From positions 1,408,001 through 1,472,000 of the forward strand of contig OZ242318.1 of assembly GCA_965208105.1 (NCBI GenBank): DNA of 64,000 nucleotides. Reading direction: 5' to 3'. The stretch is from Candidatus Latescibacterota bacterium. GTDB lineage: Bacteria; Latescibacterota; UBA2968; UBA8231. Shown piece by piece: positions 8,951-18,998 of the stretch (the first letter of the stretch is position 1; the number at the start of each line of letters is the position of its first letter). The position numbers and the translations under genes were made by a program. The notes under the pieces were generated by a model. That model ran no database searches. It was given only the letters and a program-made list of their open reading frames with translations, and had not been told where the DNA came from.

Positions 8951-11900
8951 TCACTTGAGGACTTGCAGCGCCCCCATTCGTTCGGCTTCCTGGCCCTCCG
9001 GGACCTCCACCCGCACGCTGTATAAATAGGCACCGTTGGCAAGATCGGCGGACGGGGTCCAGGCCACCTTGTTGAAACCAATCTCGGTGCCGCCCTCCAT
9101 CTCGTCCACCAGCCTCCCGGACACCGAGAACACCCTGATGCGGACCTTGCTAGCAGCGACCTTGAGGCTATAGGTGAAATGCCCCTCCATCTGCATGGGA
9201 TTGGGAAAGAAGAGCAGGTCGGCGAGGGCGGAATCGGGCTCCTCGGCGATCCGGACCAGGACCTCGGCGCTGGCAGAATTGTTGAAGGTATCCCAGGCCT
9301 TGAGACGAATCGCATGCTCACCTGGTTCCAGCTCCGGCAGCGGATACTCCAGCACCCCCTCCTTGTAGCTGCCGCCTTCCACGATGAAGTACTCGGTAAC
9401 CTTGAACACCTGCCCGTCGACGGCCAGCTCGATTTCGTGGCCTGTCTCACCGGTGATATTTATCCCGCTCTCGTCGCGTATCACCGCCCGCAGAATGGAT
9501 CCGTTGGGAATGGTCGTCCCGCTGCTCCCCAGGAAACCCAAAGAGATTTGCGGGCCTTCCCGGTCGGCTTCCACCCCCTCGGCAGTCCCGGCCAGGACCA
9601 GGTCCCGGACCGATCCGAAGCCGGATGGCCGCCCCTCGCCCCATACAAAGGCGCTGACGCTGCCTTCCACCCCCTGGTAGGTGATGTCCTTGGGCACCCG
9701 GAATGCGGTTTCGAAACGACCCCGCTCCACCTGGAACCTACCGCGGAACAGAGGTCCCCCCAGCTGTTTGTAGGTCAAACCGTCCAGGTGGCTCCGCACC
9801 GCCGAATCGAACACCTTCACCCAGACGCGGCCCTCGAAGTCGTCTAGGGCGACCCCCCGATCATCCACTACCTGGCCTCGAATCGGCACCTCGCTCAGAG
9901 CCTGCAGGGTATCGGCAATCTCTATCTCCACCCTGTATGGCGGCATGGCCAATCGCGTGGCCGGATCGCCTATGAGCGAATAGCGCTGGACATTTCTCCT
10001 GTCCAGATCGGACAGCCGCACCATCTGCTTGGCCTCCATCAAGGCAAGGCCCACGGGGACATAGGCGCGGCCGGAGCGATACATCTGCTCGTGGAACCTG
10101 AATGCCAGGGTCATGTTGCTGCCGTGGTAGCCGACCCTCGTGGCCGAAATCATACCGATGATGCCACCCTCTGGCAGCTTCAGCAGATCCTCCGGCATGG
10201 AGCTGCGCACGGGATCGTCGAAAGGTCCCACCTGGCTGGCCGCCATGTACATCAGCGGCAAGCGCCTGCCGTTGTCGATGGCGCCCAGGTCGCGGGAGAC
10301 CACGAACATGCGCTCGTGAGCCAGGGTCCGCCAGTTGCCGTGGCCCAGGAAGGTGAGAATCAGGGCCCCTTCGTTGAAGCTCCGGATGAAGGCATCGCGG
10401 GCGCGGGGCTTGGTTCGGCCTTCGAGGGGATACTGCGCCAGGTAGAGCTTCACGAGGTCCAACTCCGGAGGCAGGTAATTTTCGGCCATGGTCTCCGCGT
10501 CCCAAAGAAACCACCTCTCGACCGCCCCCGGATTGTCCAAATTACTCAAATCGTCCGCTATCAGGAGGACCCGGCTCTGCCAGGGGCCGGCCTCGGGGCG
10601 GCGGTCGTAATCGATCACCTTGTCCACCACGAGGTCCGCTTCCGCTTCCGTCTGCACCGTCAGCCGGCCGATTGCCATGTCGGGCAGCGGATCGTCGCCA
10701 GCCACCCGCACGTACCACTCATCGTAGGTGCTGTCCCAATCCTGATAGGGAGGGATCCAGTTGCCCGGGCTGCTGCCCGAGTTGTTCTTGTAGTCGTAGG
10801 TGCCATCTCCCAGCAGCACCACGAAGAAGGGCGCCGGATCCCAATGTTCGGCTGCATGTTTGAGAAAGTTGCGGATCGCCGCAGGGTCCACCAGGCCCCC
10901 GGAAAACTCGTCGTAGATATCCTGCACATCCACGACGGCAGTGCGCAGCGGCCTTCCCAGGCGGTCGTCCTCTGCCCTCCAGGCCGCCAGCCGGTTCGCG
11001 GCCCCGGAAAAATCACCGTGGGTGATTATCAGGTACTCGGTCCCGTTGCCTGCTCCCCTCAAGCCGCCGGAACGGTCGACTTCGAGCCGAAGGGGCCGCT
11101 TGAGGCGCGAGGGACCCAGCGCAAGGTAGCTCCTGGGAACGGGACCGGACACGTCCTGGAAAGTCGCGATGCCCGAGGACGGGTCATAGACGAAATCGTC
11201 GATCTCGGCAAGCCCGGAGGAAACCTCGAAGATGCGCGGCTCCTCCTGCGCAAATCCGGATAGTTGAAATTCCACAGTCCCCTCGCTCCCGGGAGCGTCG
11301 AAGACCAGCTCATTGCGCTGGGCGACGAACTGCCGGCTGTACTCCAGCTCGTACCAGTCCAGGCGGGTCAAGGATTCGTCTTCGTGCACCAGCCCCAACT
11401 GGTTGACCCCCTCCCGGGCGCCCCGGGGCGCCTGCGCCGCCAGAGTAAAGGAGCGGGCGCCGAAGAACTGAAATTCACCCAGCACCTCGTCGTTCCACTT
11501 GAAGGTGAACCGGTGGTCCCTGTTGGTCCATCCGAAGAAGCGCACCCGGATGTCCACCGGATCGGCAACGGCACCCTGGACAACGGTCGAATAGTTGCGG
11601 GCATTCCCCTGGAAATCCTCCCAGTACCACTCGTATCCGGAACGCACGGAAAAGGTCTGGACGAGGATGATTTCCTCCGACTCGACGTGCTCGCGCACGC
11701 GGTAGCTCTGCGGCCTCAGGGGCGCCGGCGCCTGCAGTGCGCCGCTGCGCCGGGTGGCGCGTCTGCCGGCGACCTCCCCGTGGAACTCGAGCCAATACAC
11801 GTTGTCGTGGGTATAGGGGTTCTTCCTGAAAGCGTAGGCCCCGTCGCCTTCTCTGTACTCCCAGCGGTTCACGGGCTCGCCATGGAACAGGATGGAATCC

Positions 11901-12712
11901 TCGGGATCCAGTCTGCCGTCTCCACCATCCTCAACCACGATGGCCTGTTCCTCCAGGACAGCCCCGGCCGCATGGGAGATGCTCAACGGAAGGACTCTTC
12001 CTCCGCCGTACAACATGCGGATGCGCATCGGGTCGACCGCCGCCAGATCGATTCCCGCCGACTCCAGGTCGGCTCCGCTGATGCGGTATATTCCCCCCTC
12101 CCTCAACACCACCCGGACGCGTTCGGCAGTACTGCTCTGCAGGGATGGCCGCTCCCTCCTCCCACCCCGGTGCCGGCGCCAATCCCGGGCCTGCTCGTAG
12201 TTAAGCAGGGTCTGGTTGAAGAACATTTCCGCCCAGCGATCCCTTCTGCCGCTCCCCGGTGACCTCCGCCCTTCCGCAAAGCGCAGATCCACAACCACGC
12301 GGTCGTAGACCTGGACCGAGCCACCCGCCTCTCGCCGGGGCGCGAAGACCAGCTCGACGACGCGCTGGTCGCGGACGAATCCCTGCGCGCCCAGGAAGGC
12401 CGGCCCCTCGAGGTCCTCGGGCAAGGATGGGAGGGAGGCAGGTTCTGCAGGTGAGGATGTCCTCGCCTCGACGACTTCGAGGCTGACCTCCCCTTCGAGC
12501 GGCAGCCCGACGAGCCAACTGCGGCCGGCGGCAAGCCGCAGGTCGACCGGTTCGGCTTCGTAGGCGATGCGCAGGTAACCTGGCCCGCTTTCCACAACGC
12601 GCACTTCGGCGTGCAATGCGCTCAGCACCAGAAAGACGGCTGGCAGAGCGGCGAGAAAGCACTGAGATCGGAAAAGAGGAAAAGGAGGGAGGAACAAACT
12701 AAAGAGGAACAA
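8951..12712 (-). CDS. porU: T9SS sortase PorU homolog (peptidase C25 fold) with Ser at the catalytic Cys position
   Basis: IYDEFSGG..DPAAIRNF, LLGDGTYDYK, DMAIGRL, FLGHG, LIGDPA, VPKDI, LKAWDTFNNS and FPNP CTD. The catalytic segment reads MAASQVGPFD. Exact start uncertain. Confidence 0.85.
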   Translation of the reverse strand: MFLFSLFLPPFPLFRSQCFLAALPAVFLVLSALHAEVRVVESGPGYLRIAYEAEPVDLRLAAGRSWLVGLPLEGEVSLEVVEARTSSPAEPASLPSLPEDLEGPAFLGAQGFVRDQRVVELVFAPRREAGGSVQVYDRVVVDLRFAEGRRSPGSGRRDRWAEMFFNQTLLNYEQARDWRRHRGGRRERPSLQSSTAERVRVVLREGGIYRISGADLESAGIDLAAVDPMRIRMLYGGGRVLPLSISHAAGAVLEEQAIVVEDGGDGRLDPEDSILFHGEPVNRWEYREGDGAYAFRKNPYTHDNVYWLEFHGEVAGRRATRRSGALQAPAPLRPQSYRVREHVESEEIILVQTFSVRSGYEWYWEDFQGNARNYSTVVQGAVADPVDIRVRFFGWTNRDHRFTFKWNDEVLGEFQFFGARSFTLAAQAPRGAREGVNQLGLVHEDESLTRLDWYELEYSRQFVAQRNELVFDAPGSEGTVEFQLSGFAQEEPRIFEVSSGLAEIDDFVYDPSSGIATFQDVSGPVPRSYLALGPSRLKRPLRLEVDRSGGLRGAGNGTEYLIITHGDFSGAANRLAAWRAEDDRLGRPLRTAVVDVQDIYDEFSGGLVDPAAIRNFLKHAAEHWDPAPFFVVLLGDGTYDYKNNSGSSPGNWIPPYQDWDSTYDEWYVRVAGDDPLPDMAIGRLTVQTEAEADLVVDKVIDYDRRPEAGPWQSRVLLIADDLSNLDNPGAVERWFLWDAETMAENYLPPELDLVKLYLAQYPLEGRTKPRARDAFIRSFNEGALILTFLGHGNWRTLAHERMFVVSRDLGAIDNGRRLPLMYMAASQVGPFDDPVRSSMPEDLLKLPEGGIIGMISATRVGYHGSNMTLAFRFHEQMYRSGRAYVPVGLALMEAKQMVRLSDLDRRNVQRYSLIGDPATRLAMPPYRVEIEIADTLQALSEVPIRGQVVDDRGVALDDFEGRVWVKVFDSAVRSHLDGLTYKQLGGPLFRGRFQVERGRFETAFRVPKDITYQGVEGSVSAFVWGEGRPSGFGSVRDLVLAGTAEGVEADREGPQISLGFLGSSGTTIPNGSILRAVIRDESGINITGETGHEIELAVDGQVFKVTEYFIVEGGSYKEGVLEYPLPELEPGEHAIRLKAWDTFNNSASAEVLVRIAEEPDSALADLLFFPNPMQMEGHFTYSLKVAASKVRIRVFSVSGRLVDEMEGGTEIGFNKVAWTPSADLANGAYLYSVRVEVPEGQEAERMGALQVLK

Positions 12713-12857
12713 CCTTCCAGGACGATGTGCTTGAGCGAATGGAGGATTTCATCTGCGGCGACCTTGGAGACCTGCCTCGAGGGATCAGACCCGGCGCATA
12801 CACCCCGACCCCGGGACGGCGCGAAATGCCGCAACCCGGGATTCAGGGACAGCCTCT

Positions 12858-12886
12858 AAGGTGAAGGCTATCTCCTTGTTTGTCAA
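12858..12886 (-). promoter_or_regulatory. Putative sigma70 promoter of the T9SS operon
   Basis: Minus strand TTGACA (12886-12881), 17-nt spacer, CACCTT (12863-12858). Confidence 0.5.
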
Positions 12887-12896
12887 GGCGTTCCCC

Positions 12897-12925
12897 TTGA
12901 CTGATCCACCGGGCTTGCCTATCTT
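12897..12925 (+). promoter_or_regulatory. Putative sigma70 promoter of rpmB
   Basis: TTGACT, 17-nt spacer, TATCTT; AGGAG-type RBS before ATG 12962. Confidence 0.6.
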
Positions 12926-12961
12926 TCTCTGTCTTTCCCGAGGAGAGCAAGGAGATTTTCC

Positions 12962-13189
12962 ATGTCCAGGATATGTTCCATCACCGGAAAAAAGAGCAAA
13001 ACGGCCAACAATGTGAGCCACTCTCACCGCAAGACCAAGCGGGTGCAGCGGCCCAACCTGATCAAGAAACGCATCTTCATTCCCGAGGAGAACCGCACGG
13101 TGACCCTCAAGCTCAGCGCCCGGGCCCTGCGCACCCTGGCCAAGAAGGACCTCAGCCAGGTCATCAAGGAGAAGGGGTTGAAACTCTAG
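12962..13189 (+). CDS. rpmB: 50S ribosomal protein L28
   Basis: MSRICSITGK...NNVSHSHRKTKRVQRPNL is the typical L28 signature. Confidence 0.97.
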   Translation: MSRICSITGKKSKTANNVSHSHRKTKRVQRPNLIKKRIFIPEENRTVTLKLSARALRTLAKKDLSQVIKEKGLKL

Positions 13190-13280
13190 TCCGCCTCCCC
13201 TCGCTCATCCCACCTGCAATTCCCGACCAGACCAGAAGGAGAGCCCGCAGGACCTGCCGGGACGACAGATTCCCGGGCTG

Positions 13281-13682
13281 CTAGGTCAACAGGTCGCCGA
13301 TCTCGCGCTGCACCCGTTCATCGCGGACCTGGTCGATCACCTCCTTGAAATACTGCGCCGTTCCGCTCAGAATCAGTCGTTCGACCGAGCGGATCTCCTC
13401 CTCCGTGTACACGTTCGATTCCTTCACCAGTTCCATGAATCCCATCCTGTCTTCCAGGTCCAGCCTCGCCACCGCCGCCAGGGTGTCGAACAATTTGTAG
13501 GCGGACGGACTGGCGAGGCACCGCTCCACAATGGCGGCAAGGCGCTCGTTGTTGACGATCGGCGGCAAACGGCCCTTTCCCATGAGTCGATCCCTCTTCG
13601 GTTGGAGGACATGGCGCACTGCTTCCATACCCTCCAGAGCAAGGACCGGGCCCAGGTTTCGGAACAATTCCCTTAATTTCAC
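13281..13682 (-). CDS. Hypothetical helical cytoplasmic protein
   Basis: 133-aa ORF with natural composition; AT-rich upstream region; no recognised motif. Confidence 0.65.
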   Translation of the reverse strand: MKLRELFRNLGPVLALEGMEAVRHVLQPKRDRLMGKGRLPPIVNNERLAAIVERCLASPSAYKLFDTLAAVARLDLEDRMGFMELVKESNVYTEEEIRSVERLILSGTAQYFKEVIDQVRDERVQREIGDLLT

Positions 13683-13937
13683 ATAAGGTATTCATTATCA
13701 ATATGTTATAATAATAAAAACCCCCCGTCGGACCGGGCCTGATGCACCCTGCTGGACGAAGAAAAGGGAAAATTCTTCCATCAAGGGGAAATTCCCGCCT
13801 TCTCCCCCTCCCGGCTGGCCTTGTCCGCCTCCCCTGCCAAATCTATTTTTGCGGTAACCGTCAGGCCCTTCCCGGGATCGACGCATCTGTCCGGGCTAGG
13901 AATTTAACGTGGACCATTTGCTGCGAGGTGGAAGAAA

Positions 13938-14207
13938 ATGCTCGACAAGGAATTGCTGGACATCCTGGCCTGTCCTGAAACCAAGGAACCCGTGCACCTG
14001 GCGGATCAGTCCGTTATCGAGGCCGTCAATGCCCGCATCGAGCAAGGCGAGGCGAGAAACCGCGGAGGGAAGCGGGTAGAGAAGAAAATCGACGCGGGGC
14101 TGGTTCGCGCCGACGGAGCCTACCTTTACCCGGTGGAGGACGACATCCCCATCATGCTCGTGGAAGAGGCCATCGCACTGCGAGAGGGGCAGGATTCAGC
14201 CCCATGA
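13938..14207 (+). CDS. Trm112-family protein
   Basis: LDKELLDILACP...YPVEDDIPIML. Confidence 0.9.
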   Translation: MLDKELLDILACPETKEPVHLADQSVIEAVNARIEQGEARNRGGKRVEKKIDAGLVRADGAYLYPVEDDIPIMLVEEAIALREGQDSAP

Positions 14208-14216
14208 GACTTGCGC

Positions 14217-15953
14217 TCAGGCGGTGAAGAACGCGACGGTGGTCCAGCAGACGGCTGCCATGCCCGCAGCCATGGTAGCCTGCGGAATCTGGGTCTTGAC
14301 GTGGTCCATCAGGTCGCAGCCGGTGCACATGGAGCTGAGCACGGTGGTGTCCGAGATGGGGGAGCACTGGTCGCCGTAGACGCTGCCGTCCATGACCGCG
14401 GCAAAACACAGGGTCATGAAGAGTTCGGGGTGGGCGAGCCCGTGGGCCCCGGCGACCGCCCAGGCGAGCGGCATGGCCAGCGGGAAGGCCACTGCATAGG
14501 TACCCCAGCTCGTGCCGGTGGAAAAGGCGATGACCATGGTCATGATCTGCAGCATGACCGGCAGGAGGAAGTAGGGAATGGCCGAGCCGAGCTGCTCGAC
14601 CAGAAAGATGCCGCCGCCCGTTTCCTTGCTGATTCCGCCGATGGTGATGGCGAGCAGGAGGATGACGGAGCCGAGGACGACCCCTTTGAGGCCGTCGTGA
14701 AAGCCGGCGATCAGGTCCTTCAGCGACATGCCCTTGGCCAGGGCCATGCCCGCGGCCAGAAGGAGGGCGACGCCGAAGGCCCATTGCACGTTGGGAGATC
14801 CCTTGACGATGAAGGTCCCCACGGCGATGCCGATGAGCGCTCCAAGAGGCAGGAAGAACTCCAGGACGTGGGGCTTGTATCCGGCGGGAACGTTGCTGCC
14901 CTGCAGTTCTTTGGCGCTCAGGGGAGCGGCGCCCTCGGCGTCGAGTTGGCCGGTCTCCCGTGACCGTTTCATGGCTGTCCTGAGCTGTTTGCCCAGAAAC
15001 AGGGGCCTTTCAATGCTGAGGAGAAAGGTACCCAGCACCGCAAAGATGGCGTAGAAGCAGAATGGAACGCTCTGGAAGAAGAAGGTGATGCGGTCGGCTT
15101 CGGTGGCCAGGAAACTGACCCCGGAGACGAAGATGAAGGCCTGTATGTACCCCGGCCAGGCGTTGAACGCGAGCTGGGAGGCAATGGGGGAGGCGGTGGA
15201 GTCGACGATGTATGCCAGCTCTTCGTGACTGATCTTCTCGTTGTCGGCGATGGGTTTGACCGTAGTGCCCACCAGTACCGTGCTCACCGTCCCGCCCTGA
15301 AAGAAGACCACCCCCAGCATCCATGCGACCAGCTTGGCGCTCCTGGGCCCGCGAACGAAACGCCTGGTCATGAACTCGGCAAAAGCCTGGGCTGCACCGG
15401 TCCGCGACCAGATGCCCATGAGCCCGCCCAGCAGCCACAAATAGAGCAGCAGAACTCCGGCGGCGCTGGTGGAAGCCAGTGAGGGAACCAGTACATCCCC
15501 GGTGAAATCGTAGCGGGTCAGGACGAGCGCCCCGGAGAGGATCCCGCCGAGCAGAGCGGTGACGGGTTCTTTGGTGAGCCAGCACAGGAGCACGGCCACC
15601 ACCGCCGGCAGCAGCGACCAGAACCCCCAGTGGTGCTTGGCGAGAAGCTGATAGTAGAAGGTCCTGGATCGTCCCTCGCGCGTTTCCACCTCGGCGACGA
15701 ATTCCTCCTTGACCGGCGGCGCCACACTCGACCCATGTACTCTAGCCGGATTGAGATGGGCTTCGTCCATGGGAACCGGTGTAAAATATGCGGGTTTGCC
15801 TCTGTAGATGTAGAACAGCCTTCCCTCCTCGTCGGCGCTGACGTCCAGCTCAATTTTCTCAACCGTCCAGGTAGGAGGCACGCTGACGCCTACGATCCAT
15901 GATGCGATCAGGGCGAGCGCGAAGATGGCGAAGTTGCGAATGCCTTTGGTCAT
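14217..15953 (-). CDS. NhaC-family Na+/H+ antiporter / solute transporter
   Basis: [30 protein letters not shown] and [15 protein letters not shown] motifs; many TM helices; extra N-terminal periplasmic segment. Confidence 0.88.
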   Translation of the reverse strand: MTKGIRNFAIFALALIASWIVGVSVPPTWTVEKIELDVSADEEGRLFYIYRGKPAYFTPVPMDEAHLNPARVHGSSVAPPVKEEFVAEVETREGRSRTFYYQLLAKHHWGFWSLLPAVVAVLLCWLTKEPVTALLGGILSGALVLTRYDFTGDVLVPSLASTSAAGVLLLYLWLLGGLMGIWSRTGAAQAFAEFMTRRFVRGPRSAKLVAWMLGVVFFQGGTVSTVLVGTTVKPIADNEKISHEELAYIVDSTASPIASQLAFNAWPGYIQAFIFVSGVSFLATEADRITFFFQSVPFCFYAIFAVLGTFLLSIERPLFLGKQLRTAMKRSRETGQLDAEGAAPLSAKELQGSNVPAGYKPHVLEFFLPLGALIGIAVGTFIVKGSPNVQWAFGVALLLAAGMALAKGMSLKDLIAGFHDGLKGVVLGSVILLLAITIGGISKETGGGIFLVEQLGSAIPYFLLPVMLQIMTMVIAFSTGTSWGTYAVAFPLAMPLAWAVAGAHGLAHPELFMTLCFAAVMDGSVYGDQCSPISDTTVLSSMCTGCDLMDHVKTQIPQATMAAGMAAVCWTTVAFFTA

Positions 15954-16238
15954 TTACAGCTCCAGGGTTAGGTCTCGGAAATTCCCTTCATATGGCATGA
16001 ATCCATTTTGCACCCAGCAAAAAAGAAACAATCGATGGGCGAGTCAAGGAGATTCGCACGGCCGACGCTCCGACAGGACAATGTTTTTCAGCTGAGCGGC
16101 TCGCGGGGAATGGGCAGCCGTCCACTTCTTCCGGATTTGAAAGTTACCGGGGCGGAACCTACATTGTGGAGGTGTAAACAAGGCAAATCTGCACACACCG
16201 CCTCGCTATTTTTCGACCAGCAGGAGAGCCCCCGAACG

Positions 16239-17240
16239 GTGCCAACTCCCCAGCATCACAACTCCCCACCCGAGCACGGAATTCGCGTTCCCGCGGCGGC
16301 GATGCGGTCCTTCATGGAGAAATTGTTCGCAAGGGCAGGGCTCTCGCCCGAGGATGCCGGGTTGCTCGGCGGGATTCTCACCGGGTGCGATTTGCGCTGC
16401 GTCTTCACCCACGGCACGCAGGCGGCCGTCTCCTACCTGAGACATCTGCGCGACGGGGAGATCAATCCTCGTCCCCGGATCAAGGTCGTTCACGAGGCGC
16501 CGGGCGCTCTGGTCCTGGACGGCGACGGCGGGCTGGGTTACTTCCCCTGCTGGCGCGGCACCGAGCAGATCATCGCCAAGGCCAAATCCTGCGGGTCCGC
16601 GGTGCTGACCACCCGCAACCACCACCATTTCGGCGCCGCGGGGATCTACACCCGGCAGGCCATCGACCACGGTTGTATCGGACTGGCCGCTTCAAACCAC
16701 CGCACTGAACTGCCGGCGGAGCAGCCGGTGCACCGCACCATCGCCAACTCGCCACTCAGCATCGGCGTGCCCGCCCGGCAACAGCCGCCCCTGGTGCTGG
16801 ACATGGGAACCAGTATTCTCGAAGTCGACCAGGCGATTTCCTCCGGTCACTTCCGCTCTCTGTTCAAAGCCCTTGCCCTGGGCAACGCGGTCCAGATTCT
16901 GGGCGGTGCGGCGGCGGGGATCTATCTCGAAGCCTGCCGCCGAGGGCCCTGGCTCGCCAACCAGGGCTCCTTCATCGCCGTCTTCGACGGGAACCAGCTC
17001 ATGCCCCCTGGACAACTCCAGGACCAGGTCGATCGCTACCTGCGCGAAGCGCGGGCAATGCAGCCGGTGCCGGGCAGGGAAGGAGCCGAGTTGGCCGGCG
17101 GACTCGAATGGAACTGGGAGAGAAAGAACCGGCGGGCGGGCATCCCCGTGGGCGACCATCACCTCCATGCCCTCGAGGAGATTGCCGGCGAGTGGGGCGT
17201 GGAATCACCTTTCGGGGAGTGGGAGAAGACCAGGTTCTGA
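16239..17240 (+). CDS. Ldh_2 (AllD/YiaK/ComC-like) NAD(P)-dependent oxidoreductase
   Basis: DLRCVFTHG, LDGDGGLG, RNHHHFGAAG, NSPLSIG and PLVLDM motifs. Probable GTG start at 16239 after CAGGAG. Confidence 0.85.
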   Translation: MPTPQHHNSPPEHGIRVPAAAMRSFMEKLFARAGLSPEDAGLLGGILTGCDLRCVFTHGTQAAVSYLRHLRDGEINPRPRIKVVHEAPGALVLDGDGGLGYFPCWRGTEQIIAKAKSCGSAVLTTRNHHHFGAAGIYTRQAIDHGCIGLAASNHRTELPAEQPVHRTIANSPLSIGVPARQQPPLVLDMGTSILEVDQAISSGHFRSLFKALALGNAVQILGGAAAGIYLEACRRGPWLANQGSFIAVFDGNQLMPPGQLQDQVDRYLREARAMQPVPGREGAELAGGLEWNWERKNRRAGIPVGDHHLHALEEIAGEWGVESPFGEWEKTRF

Positions 17241-17262
17241 TGTCCAGACCCGAGGAGACCAC

Positions 17263-18996
17263 ATGACTCCGCCAGCACGTCCGGTCGATCCGATCAAGTT
17301 CGAAGTGATCCGCAACGCCCTGGTGGAGGCCACCGAGGAAATGGCCGTTGCCCTCCGCCGCAGCGCCTACTCCACCAACATAAAGACGCGGGCGGACTTC
17401 TCCTGCGCCTTCTTCGACACCCGCCTGCGCCCGGTTGCCCAGGCCTTCACCCAGCCGGTGCACCTTGGGTCGCTGGCCATCCTGGTGCCCCGCGCGGTGC
17501 GCCGCTACGGGGCCGGTAACATGGGGCCGGGAGACGCCATTCTGGTCAACGACCCCTTTCTCGGCGGCGCCCACCTCAACGACATCACCCTCATTTCGCC
17601 GGTCTACTGCGGCGGCGCGCACCTGGGCTACCTGGCCAATCTGGCCCATCACGTCGACGTGGGCGGGGGCGCTCCGGCCAGCATCGGAGCCTTCCGCGAG
17701 GTCTTCCAGGAGGGCGTCGTCATCCCGCCGGTGAAACTGGTCAGGGGCGGAGCCGTGGTCGAGGACGTGTTCGACCTGGTGCTGGCACAGATCCGTTCCA
17801 AGAGCGAGACCGCGGGCGACTTCCGCGCCCAGATGGCGGCCAACCACACCGGCGCCCTGCGCCTGGCCGAGCTGGTGGAGCGCGAGGGGCTCGAGACCGT
17901 GCAGGCCTACATGGAAGAGCTGCTCGCCTACACCCGCAACCGCATGGAGGCCGAAATCGGCCGTCTGCCCCGCGGAGTCTTCCGCGCCCGGGGGGTGGTG
18001 GACAACAACGGCTTCAGCGACCAGCCCGTGCACCTGCAGGCCGCCATCAGCATCGACGAAGAGGGGGTCCTCTTCGATTTGAGCGGTTCCGACCCGCAGC
18101 GCCGCGCCCCGGTCAATTCCACCTACGCCCAGACCTTCGCCGCCTGCGCCTACGTGCTCAAATGCCTCACCGACCCGGACGTTCCGGTCAACGATGGCTT
18201 CTATCGCCTCGTGCGTCTGACAGCCCCGGCGGGCACCGTGGTCAACGCCAGCGCGCCGGCGCCGGTGGTGGGAGGCTGGGAGACCCAGGTGCGCCTGTCG
18301 GAAATTCTGCTCAAGGCCCTCGCCCAGGTCATGCCCGAGCGGGTGCCGGCGGGCACCAAGGCGATGATGTGCCAGGTGGGCTTCGGCGGCACGGACCCGC
18401 GCAGCGGGGAGCTCTACGCCTATTACGAGACCGTGGCCGGGGGCTACGGCGGCAGAATGGGACGCGACGGACCCGACGCGGTGCAGTGCCACGGGCAGAA
18501 TACCGAAAACGCCCCCATAGAAGAAATCGAGCTCAATTACCCCGTGCGCATCACCCGCTACGAGCTGATCGACGACTCGGGGGGACCGGGGCGCTGGCGC
18601 GGCGGGTTGGGGCTCAGGCGCGACTATTCCTTTCCCGGCCACGAGGTGTCCTTCACCATCCTGGCCGACCGCGACCGCTGGGGGCCCTGGGGCCTGGAGG
18701 GCGGCCGCAGCGCCGGATCCGCAAGGTATGTCCTGCAGGAGGAAGACGGCAGCGAAAGAGAGCTGGGCTCCAAGACCACCTTGCAGCTCAAGCCCGGTCA
18801 GACCGTGAGCTACCGCACCTGCGGCGGCGGCGGATTCGGACCTCCCGATCAACGCGATCCCGCCCTGGTGGGCCGCGACGTCAGCCAGGGCAGGGTGAGC
18901 CCGGAGGACGCGCGCCTCCATTACCTCGTGGAAGTGGACCCCGGGGGCCGGGTCGATTGGGACCGGACCCGCCGCCTGCGCGAGAAAGGACCCTAG
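17263..18996 (+). CDS. Hydantoinase B / oxoprolinase subunit (N-methylhydantoinase B-like)
   Basis: DPIKFEVIRNAL, RSAYSTNIK..DFSCA, NDPFLGGAHLND, AHHVDVGG and GGGGFGPP motifs; GAGGAG RBS. Confidence 0.92.
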   Translation: MTPPARPVDPIKFEVIRNALVEATEEMAVALRRSAYSTNIKTRADFSCAFFDTRLRPVAQAFTQPVHLGSLAILVPRAVRRYGAGNMGPGDAILVNDPFLGGAHLNDITLISPVYCGGAHLGYLANLAHHVDVGGGAPASIGAFREVFQEGVVIPPVKLVRGGAVVEDVFDLVLAQIRSKSETAGDFRAQMAANHTGALRLAELVEREGLETVQAYMEELLAYTRNRMEAEIGRLPRGVFRARGVVDNNGFSDQPVHLQAAISIDEEGVLFDLSGSDPQRRAPVNSTYAQTFAACAYVLKCLTDPDVPVNDGFYRLVRLTAPAGTVVNASAPAPVVGGWETQVRLSEILLKALAQVMPERVPAGTKAMMCQVGFGGTDPRSGELYAYYETVAGGYGGRMGRDGPDAVQCHGQNTENAPIEEIELNYPVRITRYELIDDSGGPGRWRGGLGLRRDYSFPGHEVSFTILADRDRWGPWGLEGGRSAGSARYVLQEEDGSERELGSKTTLQLKPGQTVSYRTCGGGGFGPPDQRDPALVGRDVSQGRVSPEDARLHYLVEVDPGGRVDWDRTRRLREKGP

Positions 18997-18998
18997 GC

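Noticed and set aside
7822-9450. 542-aa version of PorV, and the extended hydantoinase ORFs starting at 16873 and 18162
   Set aside because: The N-terminal extensions overlap upstream genes in another frame. The likely starts are 8865, 17263 and 18999, based on RBS and family N-termini.
15954-16238. Riboswitch upstream of the NhaC or Ldh_2 genes
   Set aside because: I could not recognise lysine, glycine or SAM riboswitch consensus elements by eye. An Rfam scan would be needed.
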